Positions 1 to 14,759 of a stretch of DNA of 64,000 nt are shown in pieces. Every line of letters starts with the position of its first letter. Position 1 is the first letter of the stretch. The stretch is from Lophium mytilinum. Its lineage: Eukaryota. The notes beneath the pieces are model-generated. The model made no database searches and had not been told where the DNA came from. It was given only the letters and a program-made list of their open reading frames with translations. Position numbers and translations under genes: made by a program. Location: contig MU004181.1 of NCBI GenBank assembly GCA_010093605.1, forward strand, positions 1,550,001 to 1,614,000, in the 5' to 3' direction.

Positions 1-1635
1 CCAGAGATCGATCTCACAATTCTCGACGACGACACCTCCGTCGGCGGTGTCTGGAGCAAATCGCGACTTTATCCAGGATTGATCGCCGATAGCGCCAATG
101 GCTTGTTCGAATTCTCGGATGAAACTATGGTCACCGAGAAGCAACCCAAATACAAACTCATCCCGGGGTCTCAAATCCAATCATACTTGTGGCAATACGC
201 AAAGAAATGGGACTTAACACGTCGTATTCAGTCCGATTCAAAAGTAGTGAAGGCTGAGCGGATAGGGAGAGAAGGGAGCTACGAAGGCTGGCGCCTGTTC
301 ACGGCGAAGGGGGATGTTCTCGAATGCTCGAAACTGATTGTAGCAAGCGGGCTCTACTCAAAACCGTATACACCCGATATACCGGGGAAAGAGACATTCG
401 AAGGTCTGGTTCTGCACTCCAAAGAACTCGGAGTCTCCCACCAGAAGCTTGCGACTTCCGACGTCAAGTCCGTCATCGTAGTCGGCGGCCGAAAATCTGC
501 CATCGAAGCCGCAAACATCTGCTTCGCCGCTAAGAAACATGTGCACTGGATAGTTCGACCGTCGAATATAGGAGTTCCTTTCGTCGTGTCGGATCCTGAC
601 ATGAAGCCAAATCTGATGTCGGCAAATCAAGCGCGGATCTTCAGCGTTTGGTCTCCGTCTATTTTCAATACGGACGGGTTTTGGTACAGGTTTCTGCATA
701 GTGGGCGTTCGGCGGTAGGAAATCGCGTTTATGGAGGGTTCTGGAGGTTGATGAGCTGGGCCATCACGAAAGATGTGGGATACGAGAAAAGCGCCAACGG
801 GAAGATGGTTAAGCCTGGAGAGCCGAATGTGTTCCGCACCCTGGGTAGCACGAGCCTGTTGCAGAAAGGATCAAATACGTTCCTCGATGAGCTTCATTCT
901 GGAAAATATGTGACGGTGCATCGAGCGGGCTTAAGAAGTATGACGAGCAAAGGAGCTTTATTGGACAATGACGAGGTTCTTGAAGCGGACGCAGTGGTCT
1001 TTTGCACCGGATGGAGGCCAAGCACCGACTATTTCGGCGACCAGGACGCGTCGGATCTCGGACTTCCTGTAAACCCAGAAACAGAAGACCCAGAAGTGGC
1101 AAAATATTGGGCGCAACTGCTCGAAGAAGCTGATCAAGAGATGGTGAAAATATTTCCGCACATGGCGGAAGGCCCGCGGCCGGAGTTCGTGAAGGACGCA
1201 ACACAGTTCCGAATGTATCGGGAAATTTTATCTCCAAAGCTCCTAGCTCAAGAAGACCGCTCTATCGCATTCGCTGGATTCGTATCCAGCAGTCAAACAG
1301 CTTTCAATGCTGAAATTATGGCTCTATGGGTTGTAGCTTGGTTGGAAGGGCTCATGCCCAAGTCAAACCTTCCAACCGAATCAATGATGGATAAAGATGT
1401 CGCCAGGACGATCGCATGGATGGAAAGACGGTACAGATCTGGCGGCCGCGCTCCAGAGATTGTTTTCGAATCTCAGTCATATTTCGACGCATTGGTGGCG
1501 GATCTAGGGTTGGAAGTCAATAGGAAGAAAAAGGGCTTTCTTGGGAGCCTCAAAGAGTGGGTTGTACCTTATATGCCAGGCGACTACGCCGGCATCATAG
1601 AAGAATATATGAGGGGCGTGAAGGAGGAAAATTAA
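1..1635 (+). CDS. Flavin-containing monooxygenase (FMO-like), 5' end outside the window
   Basis: Frame is open from base 1 (PEIDLTILDDDTSVGGVWSKSRLYPGL). FMO fingerprint FEGLVLHSKEL, second Rossmann motif VVGGRKSA, and DAVVFCTGW. Confidence 0.85.
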   Translation, partial: PEIDLTILDDDTSVGGVWSKSRLYPGLIADSANGLFEFSDETMVTEKQPKYKLIPGSQIQSYLWQYAKKWDLTRRIQSDSKVVKAERIGREGSYEGWRLFTAKGDVLECSKLIVASGLYSKPYTPDIPGKETFEGLVLHSKELGVSHQKLATSDVKSVIVVGGRKSAIEAANICFAAKKHVHWIVRPSNIGVPFVVSDPDMKPNLMSANQARIFSVWSPSIFNTDGFWYRFLHSGRSAVGNRVYGGFWRLMSWAITKDVGYEKSANGKMVKPGEPNVFRTLGSTSLLQKGSNTFLDELHSGKYVTVHRAGLRSMTSKGALLDNDEVLEADAVVFCTGWRPSTDYFGDQDASDLGLPVNPETEDPEVAKYWAQLLEEADQEMVKIFPHMAEGPRPEFVKDATQFRMYREILSPKLLAQEDRSIAFAGFVSSSQTAFNAEIMALWVVAWLEGLMPKSNLPTESMMDKDVARTIAWMERRYRSGGRAPEIVFESQSYFDALVADLGLEVNRKKKGFLGSLKEWVVPYMPGDYAGIIEEYMRGVKEEN

Positions 1636-2400
1636 TTGGAACCGGGCATTGGTAAGGAATGCACGCGTATATTGCCCCTCGAATACTCTAGATGTAAGAT
1701 GGAAGAGGTAGAATGGGTCCAAACACACCAGTATCGAATGCGAAGACGGCAGGTCTGTCTTTAGTTGAAGTGTGTAACGAAAAAGACGAGCACAATCACA
1801 GATCGAGAGAGAGAGCGAAGGCGTTAATAAGAGATTATTTGTTTTAGATTGAAAGCATACATAGAATAAACAATAGGGGCTGATGTCCACGAGAGGTGCA
1901 CGCGGCTTTTCTACTTCGGATAAGATTGCACTGAGCGCAGGACTTGCCTTCGACGTACCGTTTGTTCTTAAGGTTATTACGACGAGCTGACTGTGTATAA
2001 GGCGCCATTAACGATGCAGCATGCGAAGCATCGAAAGGTGCCCCGGACTAGATTTTTTCGATGTGTTTGGTAGAATAACTGTTGAAGAATCTTAAAGCGA
2101 ATCAGATCTATAATCTAAGCCAGCTGGAGTTTCTGGGAAGAGCGAATTTCTAATTTTTGTAGACTTGTAAATGTTTGGATGCTCCGGGTGTAGAGTCAGG
2201 GGCGAGGGTGGGGATGCAGATAGTGATCACGTGGATAAGCAGCCTAGCTGCTTTGGTAGCTAGCGCATCGGAACATTTGTTCAAGCGATTTCCCGAACAC
2301 AACCGATTTTAGGATTTTGATGAAAGGTTCTCTTGACGACGACATCGCAGCGAAGCGCCCCTCACGAATAACGAACCATTCCAACCTCTAATCCGTCGCC

Positions 2401-3204
2401 ATGTCTAAGAGAGGGTACGTTGCAAAATGAACAGTCCCAGTCCCTTCGCGGCGCAGATCTAGCTAACTTTTGCGAAATATAGTCGCGGTGGTGCCTCTGG
2501 CAACAAGCTGAAGATGACTCTCGGTCTCCCTGTGTACGTCGAACACCCTCACTCCTCACCTCACCTCGAGGTTCTCCCGGAACCGACATCCCGTTCTGTG
2601 GAGCTTTGCAGTATATCGAATGGAACATCACGAGCGGGGCTGATTAGCATACAGCGGTGCCGTCATGAACTGCGCCGACAACTCAGGTGCCCGGAATCTC
2701 TACATCATCTCCGTCAAGGGAATTGGTGCTCGTCTCAATCGTCTGCCCGCTGCCGGTGTGGGTGACATGGTCATGGCCACAGTCAAGAAGGGAAAGCCGG
2801 AACTGAGGAAGAAGGTTATGCCCGCGGTCGTTGTTAGGCAGAGCAAGCCATGGCGGAGGGCCGACGGTGTGTTCTTGTACTTTGAGGACAACGCCGGTGT
2901 GGTGAGTTACTTCGATTACTCTCCAATAGATCGTAGAATGGCAGGGAATGGTGTGAGGCCGTACGCAGCGGAGGCAGCTAGTGGATTGTCAAATGGCGGG
3001 GAACCGCGTCTTCGAGAGCTATGCTGACTCAAGTTACTTAGATCGTCAACCCCAAGGGCGAGATGAAGGGATCAGCAATCACTGGACCGGTCGGAAAGGA
3101 AGCTGCGGAGCTGTGGCCTGTAAGTATACCTCTTAGCCACTCTTCGATTCCAAGCTAATACGGCATTTTAGCGTATTGCTAGCAACTCCGGTGTGGTGAT
3201 GTGA
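2401..3204 (+). CDS. RPL23: 60S ribosomal protein L23 (uL14), 5 exons
   Basis: Exons 2401-2414, 2483-2533, 2655-2901, 3042-3119, 3172-3204 with GT-AG introns give [40 protein letters not shown]...[14 protein letters not shown]. Confidence 0.97.
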
Positions 3205-3646
3205 GCGGGGTTTCTTATACTGGTACTTTCGGGGTTCTGGGGCTATGCGACATGCATTAGTGGCTGTGTTCATAGTGAACGTGCTACTGGCAACAATTCA
3301 AACATATGAATAACCCTATTGGAGCAAATTGTTGCATTGAACTCATACATGAGATTTGAGGAGGTGGGCCAGCGCCGTAAAACCAATGCCTGAAGCCAAG
3401 AATCTAGGATTCTGATCCTTCTAATGGCTTGTAAATTGAGACTCTGCCATGACAGATGCCGCCACATATTCAGCGGAGTTATAGATCTGAATGAAGGTAA
3501 AGAATCTGACTATATATAAAGGTTGTCTGAGAGTGATTGGTCGATGCGGGCCTAGCCAAGCCCGCGTCCCCTGAATCTGAAGTCCTATCCCGTAGCTGCC
3601 CTACATCAACTCCCACGCGCCGCACCTGTTCGACCGTGATGTCTCA

Positions 3647-5323
3647 ATGCGTTTTTCGTTGTTCCTGCTCCGGCTTGTCCGGCTTGTGCTACCTCTTTGT
3701 ATCATAGCAACGGTCTGGCTATACTTATACCCAATTTTCCACGGTTGCGCCTTTCCTATCCCTCCAACATCATGCGCGTCCAACACCTTCGATCCTTCAT
3801 CCTCCAGCCCTGCAGCGCCATTCAGGCTGCTCGCTCTCGGTGATCCCCAACTAGAGGGCGACTCTTCGCTCCCAGATGCCAACTCCCCGACGTTCCCTAG
3901 CATACGGCAGCTCCGCACAATACTCGAGGCACAAACACCGCTATCTGAGAAATGGAAGGAGGGTAGTGCCTGCGTGGTGAAGTTTTGGAAACATGACATT
4001 CTTCGCTTTCTTAAGGCAACCCGAAAGCGACTCGATTTATGGGGGAATGACTACTACCTCGCTCATATTTACCGCTCCCTCCAGGATCGCACTGAGCCTA
4101 CTCACGTCTCAGTTCTAGGCGACCTTCTAGGAAGTCAATGGATCGGGGATACTGAGTTTGAGCGCCGCGGGCGGAGATTTTGGAATCGCGTGTTTGAGGA
4201 CGCAGAACGCGTGCCGGATAGATTCATGGAGGACTCGCAATACGGACCTTGGATAGAAGAGCTGGGTCACGACGAAGCCTGGAATAAGAGGATCATAAAT
4301 ATTGCGGGCAATCACGATGTTGGATATGCCGGCGATTTGACGAAGCATAGAGTGGAGAGGTTCGAGAAGCTCTTTGGGAAAGTAAATTGGGAGGTGACTT
4401 TCACTCTGCGAAATCACACACAACCAACGGCATCCAAGCCGACCGCGGACCCAGAAAAGACGGAAGGCACTGAAAATGCTGGATTGGAGGGACCCATCTC
4501 TGAACCGCCAGCAATACGCATTATAGTCCTCAACTCGATGAATCTGGACACTTCGGCTATCTCTCCAGATCTTCAGAAATCGACATACGACTTCCTGAAT
4601 TCTGCTATATCAAACTCCCGCCCTGTTGAGGATCATACGACTGCAACGATTCTACTCACTCATATTCCTTTACATAAGGAAGCTGGAATCTGCAAGGATG
4701 CGCCGTTCTTTGACTTCTATACCTCTGGAGGCATTCGAGAACAAAACCATCTAAGCCCCTTCGCAAGTAAAGGAATTCTAGAAGGCATTTTCGGTCTCAG
4801 TGCTAATAAGCACGCTCCTGGAATGGGCCTGGGAAGGAAGGGAATTGTGATCAACGGCCACGACCACGAGGGCTGTGATGTGGTGCATTACTTGAAACGA
4901 TCCTCTGCGATAACTCCTGAAAGCGAGTCGGCTGAAGAACCCGAATCCAATTCAGAGGAGCCACAATGGAACGCTATGCGCACACCCAAAACAGCAGGCC
5001 GAGATCTCTCCGAGAACGGTACACCGAATATACGAGAAATAACTTTACGAAGTATGATGGGCGAGTTCGGGGGCTACGCTGGATTTCTGAGCGCTTGGTT
5101 CGACGAGAGTCTGGGCGAGCGTGGCGAGTGGACCTTGGAATATGCAAGCTGCACTTTGGGTGTTCAGCATTGGTGGTGGGCTGTCCATGTACTCGATCTC
5201 ATCGTGCTTGTAACAGCCGCTCTGGGGGTGATCATATGGACATGGGAGCAGATCTTAGCACCTGAAGTCAAGGCGCCGCCAAAGGATAAGAAAGTGGACA
5301 CCGATCAAGCGCAAAGGAATTAA
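3647..5323 (+). CDS. TED1: Ted1/PGAP5-like metallophosphoesterase (GPI remodelling)
   Basis: Metallophosphoesterase motifs GDPQ, GDLLGSQW, AGNHDVGY, HIPLH, NGHDH; N- and C-terminal hydrophobic segments; DLWGNDYYLAHIY block typical of Ted1. Confidence 0.85.
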   Translation: MRFSLFLLRLVRLVLPLCIIATVWLYLYPIFHGCAFPIPPTSCASNTFDPSSSSPAAPFRLLALGDPQLEGDSSLPDANSPTFPSIRQLRTILEAQTPLSEKWKEGSACVVKFWKHDILRFLKATRKRLDLWGNDYYLAHIYRSLQDRTEPTHVSVLGDLLGSQWIGDTEFERRGRRFWNRVFEDAERVPDRFMEDSQYGPWIEELGHDEAWNKRIINIAGNHDVGYAGDLTKHRVERFEKLFGKVNWEVTFTLRNHTQPTASKPTADPEKTEGTENAGLEGPISEPPAIRIIVLNSMNLDTSAISPDLQKSTYDFLNSAISNSRPVEDHTTATILLTHIPLHKEAGICKDAPFFDFYTSGGIREQNHLSPFASKGILEGIFGLSANKHAPGMGLGRKGIVINGHDHEGCDVVHYLKRSSAITPESESAEEPESNSEEPQWNAMRTPKTAGRDLSENGTPNIREITLRSMMGEFGGYAGFLSAWFDESLGERGEWTLEYASCTLGVQHWWWAVHVLDLIVLVTAALGVIIWTWEQILAPEVKAPPKDKKVDTDQAQRN

Positions 5324-5398
5324 CGATAGACGTGCATCGAATACATTACGTTCTATCAACTACGTTCTATGGATCCTCCTCAGCCATTTTCTCATTAT

Positions 5399-6341
5399 TC
5401 ACTTCTTCCTGCCAGTAGCAATCACAGCCTCCCCATGACACTCCACCTCACCCTCCGCCCCAAAGATCTCCGTCAACCGCTTCTCTATAACCCCAGTCAT
5501 CAGAGGCTTGCATCGTTCCCTATCCTCCTCACTCCAAAAGACATTCTGAACAACCGTCAACGGCATATGAAGAACCTTACCCGCAAACACCGCCGGCGTG
5601 CCGCATTTGAACGTCCTCTTCTCAATCACCGACTCCACATCCTCAAACCCCGCCGTGACCAGCGTCTCCTTCGTCCACTGCGGTTTCCACCAACTCCCCT
5701 TCATGATCGTCGCCATGAACTCCGCCTCGGTCGGGTTCCGCGGCGGCCCCGGCAGCGTCTCCAGCGCGTCTCGAACAAACTCCCGGTACCAGTCAATCGT
5801 GTGCCAGAACGCGAGACCGATGGTGCCGCCGGGGACGAGTACGCGGTGCAATTCAGACAGCGCGACGAGGGGGTCGGGCATATGGCCGATGCCAAATGTG
5901 CTGAAAGCGTGCGTGTAGGTTCCAGACGGTAATTTAGTGTCCTGGCCTCCGTCAGCCAATCAACCCTCTACTACTTACTCCTCGGGGGATTCAGTGAATC
6001 TTGCTCACCATCCCATCCATGATCTTCGCCTCTGTTCCGGTCCACCCCTGCTCCTTAACTCGGTTCTGTAGATACGATATCATGCCCTCGGACGTATCGC
6101 CACACGTAACTTTCATCGTTTTCTTCGCTTCGTCTTGGTCGCGCAGCAGGTCGTATAGCTGGGCCGCGACGACACCGGTGCCACACGCGAGGTCGAAGAC
6201 GGCGAGGGGGCTGCTGGTGTGGTTCTGGATGCCGGATTGCTCGAGTGCGGAGCGCGCGAAGGGGCCGGATGCTGCTTCGCCGAGGGCGTACATCTGGGCG
6301 ACCGAGGGGTCGGCCCAGCCTGCGTTGATGTTGGAGGACAT
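5399..6341 (-). CDS. Class I SAM-dependent methyltransferase, 2 exons
   Basis: Motif I VFDLACGTG and LHRVLVPGG. Intron 5942-6008 (GTGAGC...GCTGAC...CAG) joins the two ORFs in frame. Confidence 0.85.
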
Positions 6342-7215
6342 GGTGGGCGATTTTTGGAGCGGCGAAGACTATGCAAGTAGAGGGTTAGAGAGAAAGCACA
6401 AAGAATAGCAAGTTAAAATGGTGTTACTTGGGGGTATTATATAGGATTCATCCCGCCCCCAGAGCATGTCGTCTTACATCACTCAACCGTCTTTACGATC
6501 GGCACCGGCTTTAGCACCAGTCATGTCTTCGAGTTAGAGACAGAGGTGCGTTGATAATGTTGAGGTGTTTGGATTTAGTAGTTGGATTGGATTTGGTGCT
6601 GACATTGAAGCGCAGGAGCGTAAGCATCCTAGATAGCAGGGGCGGAAAGTCTCCGGGGCTAGGCCGAACGGAGACTTTTAGAGACTATCCATTATCCGTT
6701 TTCGTTCTGAGTATTGTGGTTTACATGCTGTGATACGTCTTCTCTACTCCGTGGGCTTCCGACTACAGCCTATAACCAATGCAAGCATAGCGTATAGGGT
6801 ATATGCGAGGCAGGTCTAACAAGGCCCGCTACCTTCACCATGTATATCTAAGCGAGGGTGGCACTCCACATCGTTTTAACTCAGCATCGCACAAACTAAG
6901 CCTTATCGAAATCAATGCATATTTTGGATTCCATTGGAAGTATTTACAAATCCTCTTCCATGTTTTACCAACAAACCTCCACCTGGAACTGTACAGTACA
7001 TCCAAGCGTCCCTAATTTTTGCAAGGCTAAGAAAGCGAAAAGGTTACTCCAAGGGTCTAGCGAATGCGACCGGGTATCCACGTAATGAAGCAGTTATAAA
7101 ATTCGTTAAGGTCGTTAAGCGTGCGAGCAGGTCATGATGTCGATGTCGTGGGAGCGAGTGTAGAAATGAGATGACGATGGTTGGTTGGATGATCAGCCAA
7201 TGATATGATCAGGAT

Positions 7216-8683
<1,468 letters not shown>

Positions 8684-10534
8684 ATTCGCGGTGGTCACCA
8701 GTAACACGGTGGGGTGGTGGTAAACGTGTGTGTGTTTGAAAGATGGTGTAGCAATGCCATTCACTGGCACTGGTAGTATAATAATAGATGGCTATGGATG
8801 AATGCGGCCGGCGAGCGTGTAACGAAGCTTGAGACGATGCAGATGGCCCGGGGCCCAGCTCATTTAAAGCCGCTCGCAGTCGAAGCCGTCACGAGAGGGC
8901 AAGAGCTCTCCACCATGGACAAGATCATCATCAACAGCTCCCAACTTTCTTGCCGGGTTCATGACGCTGGAAGAGCGCGTGGGCGCAGTTGTGCAGAATG
9001 CGCAGCCAGTGAAAAGAGAAAAGTACCGCCCCACCGTCTGACTTGCAGCGAACGGCAGGCGGCCTCTGACGCTATGCTGGCACAATTTGGGCGCGATGAG
9101 CATGGTGGTGAGCTCTCTTTGGGCGGTCCGCCGAAGCGGCACGGAGGAACAAGCACCAGGTGGACAAACAAACTGGTCCCCGAGCTTTGAAGCCAGCGTG
9201 CCAGAGACGCAGGGCTGACCTCGGCCCAGATGGTGGCAGTCAGGTACCGCACGCGGATTGGCTGTCCAGCAGCGCCCATGATGCATGGCTGGAGCCACGC
9301 CGTGTTGGGCGTCTCTTTGGCTTGCTGCCTATGTACTTTGGGCCATGATCGCCAGCCTCAGAAGCCGGGTCGAAGGTGGCCCTGATGCGGGGAAGCTCTG
9401 CGGCACGCCACACCGTCGTCCCTTGCGTGGTGAACCCGGTGACATATTGCGGGCGCTGTATCTTTGGTCGCATGAGGCTGCTCACCGACTTCGGCCCAAG
9501 AGCCAGCGTGCGCCGGACTCACATCGAAGTGGCAGTGACAGCCGTCTAACTTCCTAGCCAAATCCTCCGTGGACTATGAATATCTCCTTAGTAGAGCCAA
9601 GGTGGGCTGTGGAAGGCTAATTGTAGCTGTGCCCTGCAACCGGACTCCTTCGCGATAGCAGAGGCCGAGCCACAGTCAGCACCAAGTAAGGTAGCATTCA
9701 TCCATCTAACGAGCACCGCAGACTGGCATTTCCATGACAGCTGCCTGGTTATTGTGCCATGAGCCAAAATGACCTTGCCTTGCTACGGCTACATACGATC
9801 TCCTTCTACCGACCACACACCGGCTACCATCGCGCAGCCATGGCGTCACACCGCGAACATCATCGCCGCAAGCCCGGTAGATCCTCACCCTTCAGATTCA
9901 GCGCCCGCGATTCGGGCCTGACAGCAAATGGGGCAGGTCACACGCTCGAGACGATCGTGAGCCGGCTCTAGCAATACCATCCGTTGTAGGCAAGTATTTG
10001 TGGTTAGGTAATGACGGTGCGGGCAGCTTATAGTGCTGCACCTATTAGAGCGCCTATAGAGCGCGCCTCGCTGTCATTTACTCTAAATTATTGCCGGGGC
10101 TAAGCTACGGCGGCTGAAACACGGGTCTTTTCTGACTTGTCATCTGATGAGAATGACAGTCTGTAGTACTGCTTGTGCCGGTGGTGTGGTAGGACCGAGC
10201 TCAAGGACTTCACGATGCGGACCTCAGTTCTCTGACCTCATTTAGGAAGTGGCTGGCATCAGCTGAGCAGACAAGCTTTTACGTCTAGGATATGTGTTGG
10301 CATTACTTCGGAGGGTTTGGGCGTCACACAGCATCGCCAACAAGTCCGTGATGACATTGGAAACTCGTTGTGTGGAATCGAGTATGTTAGGTGCTATCGT
10401 CATAGAGTGTTGAGGCCGAGGTTAATTTATTGGACTTCGCCAACGAATATACACTCTCTTGTTCATCCGAGCTCACCGGTTGAAAGCATGCATCATGTCG
10501 TAAATACATATTCTCAGGCTCCGCGAACGCTTCG

Positions 10535-11607
10535 TCACGTGGTCGATGCCAACCCGGGCGACAGAGGTTTCCTCCCATAGACAACGTGCAGGTTGCAGTA
10601 CGAGTGCACTTGTCGGTTCTTCAGGTCTTTACGAACGCCTGCCAGATGGACTTGCGTAGCCTCATTACTCCAGCCCAACACCCGTGTAAACAGGGCGAGG
10701 GAGTATGCCTCAACTGCCAAGAGCAGCGAGCACAGGTTGTATCGACCAATTTCCTTCATTTTCGGGTCTTTAGGCCATGGAGACGATGGGACCTATGAGG
10801 TGAAGATGTCAGAAACAAATCACAGTATGCGGCTCAGAACAGGCATAGCAAAGTACACACCTTGTAAATGTCATCTGTTACATCCTCAAACCCAGCATCA
10901 ATCATCGTTTGCTTATGCGTCTCGGCAATGTTCATCGGTTTCTTGAACATCTCGCTCGCCTTGTGCAGATGGTCTATGTATTCGCAAAACGTAGGCGCCA
11001 GCTTCAGCGTATCGTCGTCCGACTTCAGCGTTACCTCGAACTCCTGCAGCTCGAGCCAACCCCCCGGCGTAAGGTGCTCGTACGCCTGTCGCATCAGCTT
11101 CGGCCAGTCGCTGATCGATCCGCCCAAGTCGCGAGTGTGGATGTAGTCGAACGGCTTGCTGTAGACCCACGGCGACTCCGCATTCTCGATTTGGAAGTGG
11201 AGGTTTGGCGGTACCCACGAGGGCTGGATGGGCGAGAGATCCGTTCCGAGGACTTCGGCATCGGAGTTGTCGTCCGCGAAGTCAATGGCCCAGATCCCAG
11301 TTCCTGTGCCGACGTCGATGACTCTCTGCGGGTTCTTGATGGGCGCGAGAAACAGCTTGCCGCCGAGTGTAAGGTTGCGAACGTGGTGGAGGAGGTCCTG
11401 CCGGTCTTGCTCAGCCTCGTCGTTTGGCAGCACGTATTCGCCCTCGCGGTAGCCGTGATATCTGCGACCGTTCTCGTACTTGTAGTTCTTGACGGCGGAT
11501 GCTAGGGAGGTGCTGTAACTCGACGTATCTGAGAAGCTGTCATCGACGCCCGAGTCATTGGAGTCGGCCTCCAGCAGCTGCGTGGGTGGGTTAGGGGCTG
11601 TCGCCAT
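10535..11607 (-). CDS. LaeA-like (Methyltransf_23-type) SAM-dependent methyltransferase, 2 exons
   Basis: YKYENGRRYH...YVLPNDEAEQDRQDLLHH, DVGTGTGIWAIDFAD, DLSPIQP, VYGRKP. Intron 10793-10860. Confidence 0.9.
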
Positions 11608-12401
11608 GGTGTCCTGTGGTATAGAGCTTGGGAAGATGAAGATGCCTCAGCGGCGGTAGGAACTCCGGCGGACATGGCGACTTCATATAGCTCACGCGAT
11701 TCTGTCTTCCACTAGGTAGGTAGGGCTGCAACGTGGCTGTGGGACTCCCGAGAACCTGGGTTGGTGCGGGAGCCAGGAATGTGACTTGTTTTGTAACTAT
11801 CCATTCTCGCCAAGAAAACAACTTGGCTTTGATATTGAGGACGCTATAAGTAACTTTGATATTCAGGTTAGATGTGTAGGCAGCAATCCAATTTAACATC
11901 AGGTAAATGTACGACGAGCTTTTGAAATAGTAACGAGGCAAGAGTGGTGTGGTAAGCCTAAAATAATCGTGCTATGGGCGCACAGGCGGGAGCTGCGGGA
12001 ACTAGAATATTGACAACGGCGCGAGCTGTCAAGCTTAAAAGAAACCATGGTTGGAGTATTGAGGCAGTCAGACCTTTGATCTTCTCTAGAGAACACAAAT
12101 TACCGTACTCAGCAGTCAAGTTAGTACCGTCTCATTATGATGGTACCTCTACAGGTCCGTTTCTTTCATGGTCCGGGTCACCCCTAGGCTCACCTCGCGT
12201 GGAGAACTAGATAAGAACCCCATGCACCAAGGCGGCACAGCGGGGCCCGACAAACCAAATCCGTAAAGGACGACTTGCAGGCGCCTGAAGCACGCCGCCT
12301 GAACCGTCATGCGGCCCGGTCCTTTCGAGGGATCGCGGCTGCTTGAAAACCGGGCAACATCGTCCGCTCAGCACTGTTCACTGTCGTACAACCACGTTCC
12401 G

Positions 12402-14340
12402 ATGTCTGTCTCGCCAGTAGCCATGCCTGCATGGTTGAAAAACACCGCGTTGTCGGGAAACCCAGGCGTTCTTGTTGGGGGCGCTTTTGTCTTATTGGTA
12501 GGCTGAACTTTTAAAGGCTCCCTGTGCACAGATTCGCTGGTTGAGCAAAAAGAGTCTTTCGACTTAGATTGGAGACACTATTGGCCTAGTAGCCAACTAG
12601 TCCAATGGCTAACGCTCATTACAGTTTTTGCTACATCGGGTGTACAAAGTAGTGTATAATCTATACCTAGCCCCACTGCGGAACTTCCCTGGACCAAAGC
12701 TGTGGGCCGTTTCGCGTCTTCCTTACGCATTCTCTGTCACGAGGGGACAACACCATGTGAGTGACATGGTTAGCCCGGTCATACCCCAAGGAAGCTTACT
12801 GACTCCGGCAGCTTGATATACTAGCATTACACAAGCGCTATGGCCCTGTGGTTCGAATCTCGCCCCATGAACTAGCCTTCAACTCTGCTCAAGCTTTCCG
12901 GGACATATATGGCTTCCGCCCTGGCCATCAAAGCTTCAAGAAGGATAGAACCCATTACGTCTACCCTCCGAACGGTGTCGACCATCTAGTTTCTGCTGTC
13001 GACGATGGTGTGCACGCAAGACACCGTAGGCTCCTTGCGAATGTCTTTAGTGAGCGAGAGTTGAGAGCACAGGAGCCTCTGATCCAGGGTTATGTGGACC
13101 TGCTGATCTCTAAGCTGCGTCTCCAGATTCAGGAAGGTAAAGGGGGCAGTGTTGACATAAAGAGCTGGCTCAACTACACCACTTTTGATATCACAGGCGA
13201 CTTAATGTTTGGAGAGTCCTTCGGCTGTCTACGAGACAGCAAACTGCACCCCTGGATATCCCTCATATTCGCGTCGATGAAGGCCCTTGCTTTCCTAGGC
13301 GCGGTCAATCAGTACCCTTCTCTCAGTGCCGTCCTCCAAAAGATGATACCTGCAAGTATCATTCAGAAGGGAGTCGACCATTTCAACCTCAGCGCGAGAA
13401 AAGTCGACCGACGCCTAGAGATGGGCGCTGAAAGACCAGACTTCATGTCTGCTATACTCAAGAATGGGTTCCGTGAAAAGCAGGGACAATATGCCGAAGA
13501 TGAGAAAATAATGACGAGAGCTGAGATCCACTCAAACGCCTTCATGTAGGTGGAGCCTGATACCGATTTTAATTGCTCATTCGTGCTGATATTAAACAAG
13601 CTTGATTGTTGCAGGTAGTGAGACATCGGCGACACTCTTGAGTGGTGCCATCTACTATCTCTGCAAGAATCCGGCAACGATGAATAAGGTTCTAGACGAG
13701 ATCAGAGGGGCATTTACAGCAGACAAGGAAATCGTGTTTTCGAAAGTCACGGCACTGTCATACCTCAACGCCGTGATTGAGGAATCGCTTCGAATCTATC
13801 CACCATTCGTGACCAGCCTTGCTCGGCTATCTCCTGTCGGCGGGGATACAGTCGATGGTCACTTCATTCCTGAGAATGTGAGTTGCATGCGTATATGCTC
13901 TTACTTAACCGAGCAAACTGACTAGTATGTAGACGACTGTGGCATGTCACCACTATGCGTCGTATCATTCTCCTTCGAATTTTGTATCTCCAGATGATTT
14001 CATCCCGGAGCGATGGCTCGATGCAGACTCGCGGTTCGCAGAAGACAAGAAGGACACTCTCCAAGCATTCAGTCTTGGGCCAAGGAATTGTATAGGAAAG
14101 AAGTGGGTACCTCCTCTGCAACGCTTCCCATCTTGAATGGTCCTTCGGTGAGAAGCTCATACTGATCTCTTGCACAGTCTGGCGTATGCTGAAATTCGCT
14201 TGATTCTATGCAAGGTCCTCTTCAACTTCGACATTACGCTTTGTCCCGAAAGCGGAAATTGGAAGGATCAGGAAGTCTACTTTCTTTGGGATAAGCCTCC
14301 TTTGATGGTGAGTTTGACAGAGAGGGCCGTATCAGTATAG
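12402..14340 (+). CDS. Cytochrome P450 (CYP65/Tri11-like), multi-exon
   Basis: N-terminal anchor, FPGPKLWA, VRISPHEL, AGSETS (I-helix), EESLR (ExxR), PERW and heme motif FSLGPRNCIG. Five GT-AG introns join the fragments; stop TAG 14338-14340. Confidence 0.92.
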
Positions 14341-14759
14341 CGCTATCGTTATCGGTGATACACTTGTTGCTTTCGGAATAGTAGATACGGGCTTTACGCC
14401 CAGAGCGTTCCCGGTCTTAAGAACTTGATAGATGGAGAGACAACAAATCGAACATGTGATCTACCAGCAGCTCAAAAGTGAAGTCTTACGCATTCCTGCA
14501 TCATATGCTCTGAAATCCGGGCTCATCCATCATGGCTGATTATTCTCGAAGCAGTTCAAGGTCATGCAGCCGTAAAGACGATGCCACTGGGTGAAACCGG
14601 CGGAGATAGAGTGTATAGCGAGGGTTGTAGAAGCTTCTCGGCGCTGGTGAAGCCGAGCTTCCAGTGGCGCACCACCACTCATCTTCGTCATCGTCCGCGC
14701 CTATAAACCACTACCATCCTCACCTCCAACGACACCCACCCCTATCGAGCTCAATCAAG

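Noticed and set aside
5369..5932. Long antisense ORFs over GC-rich genes (also 10909-11505, 52522-53148, 56390-57043)
   Set aside because: Expected shadows of biased codon usage on the coding strand.
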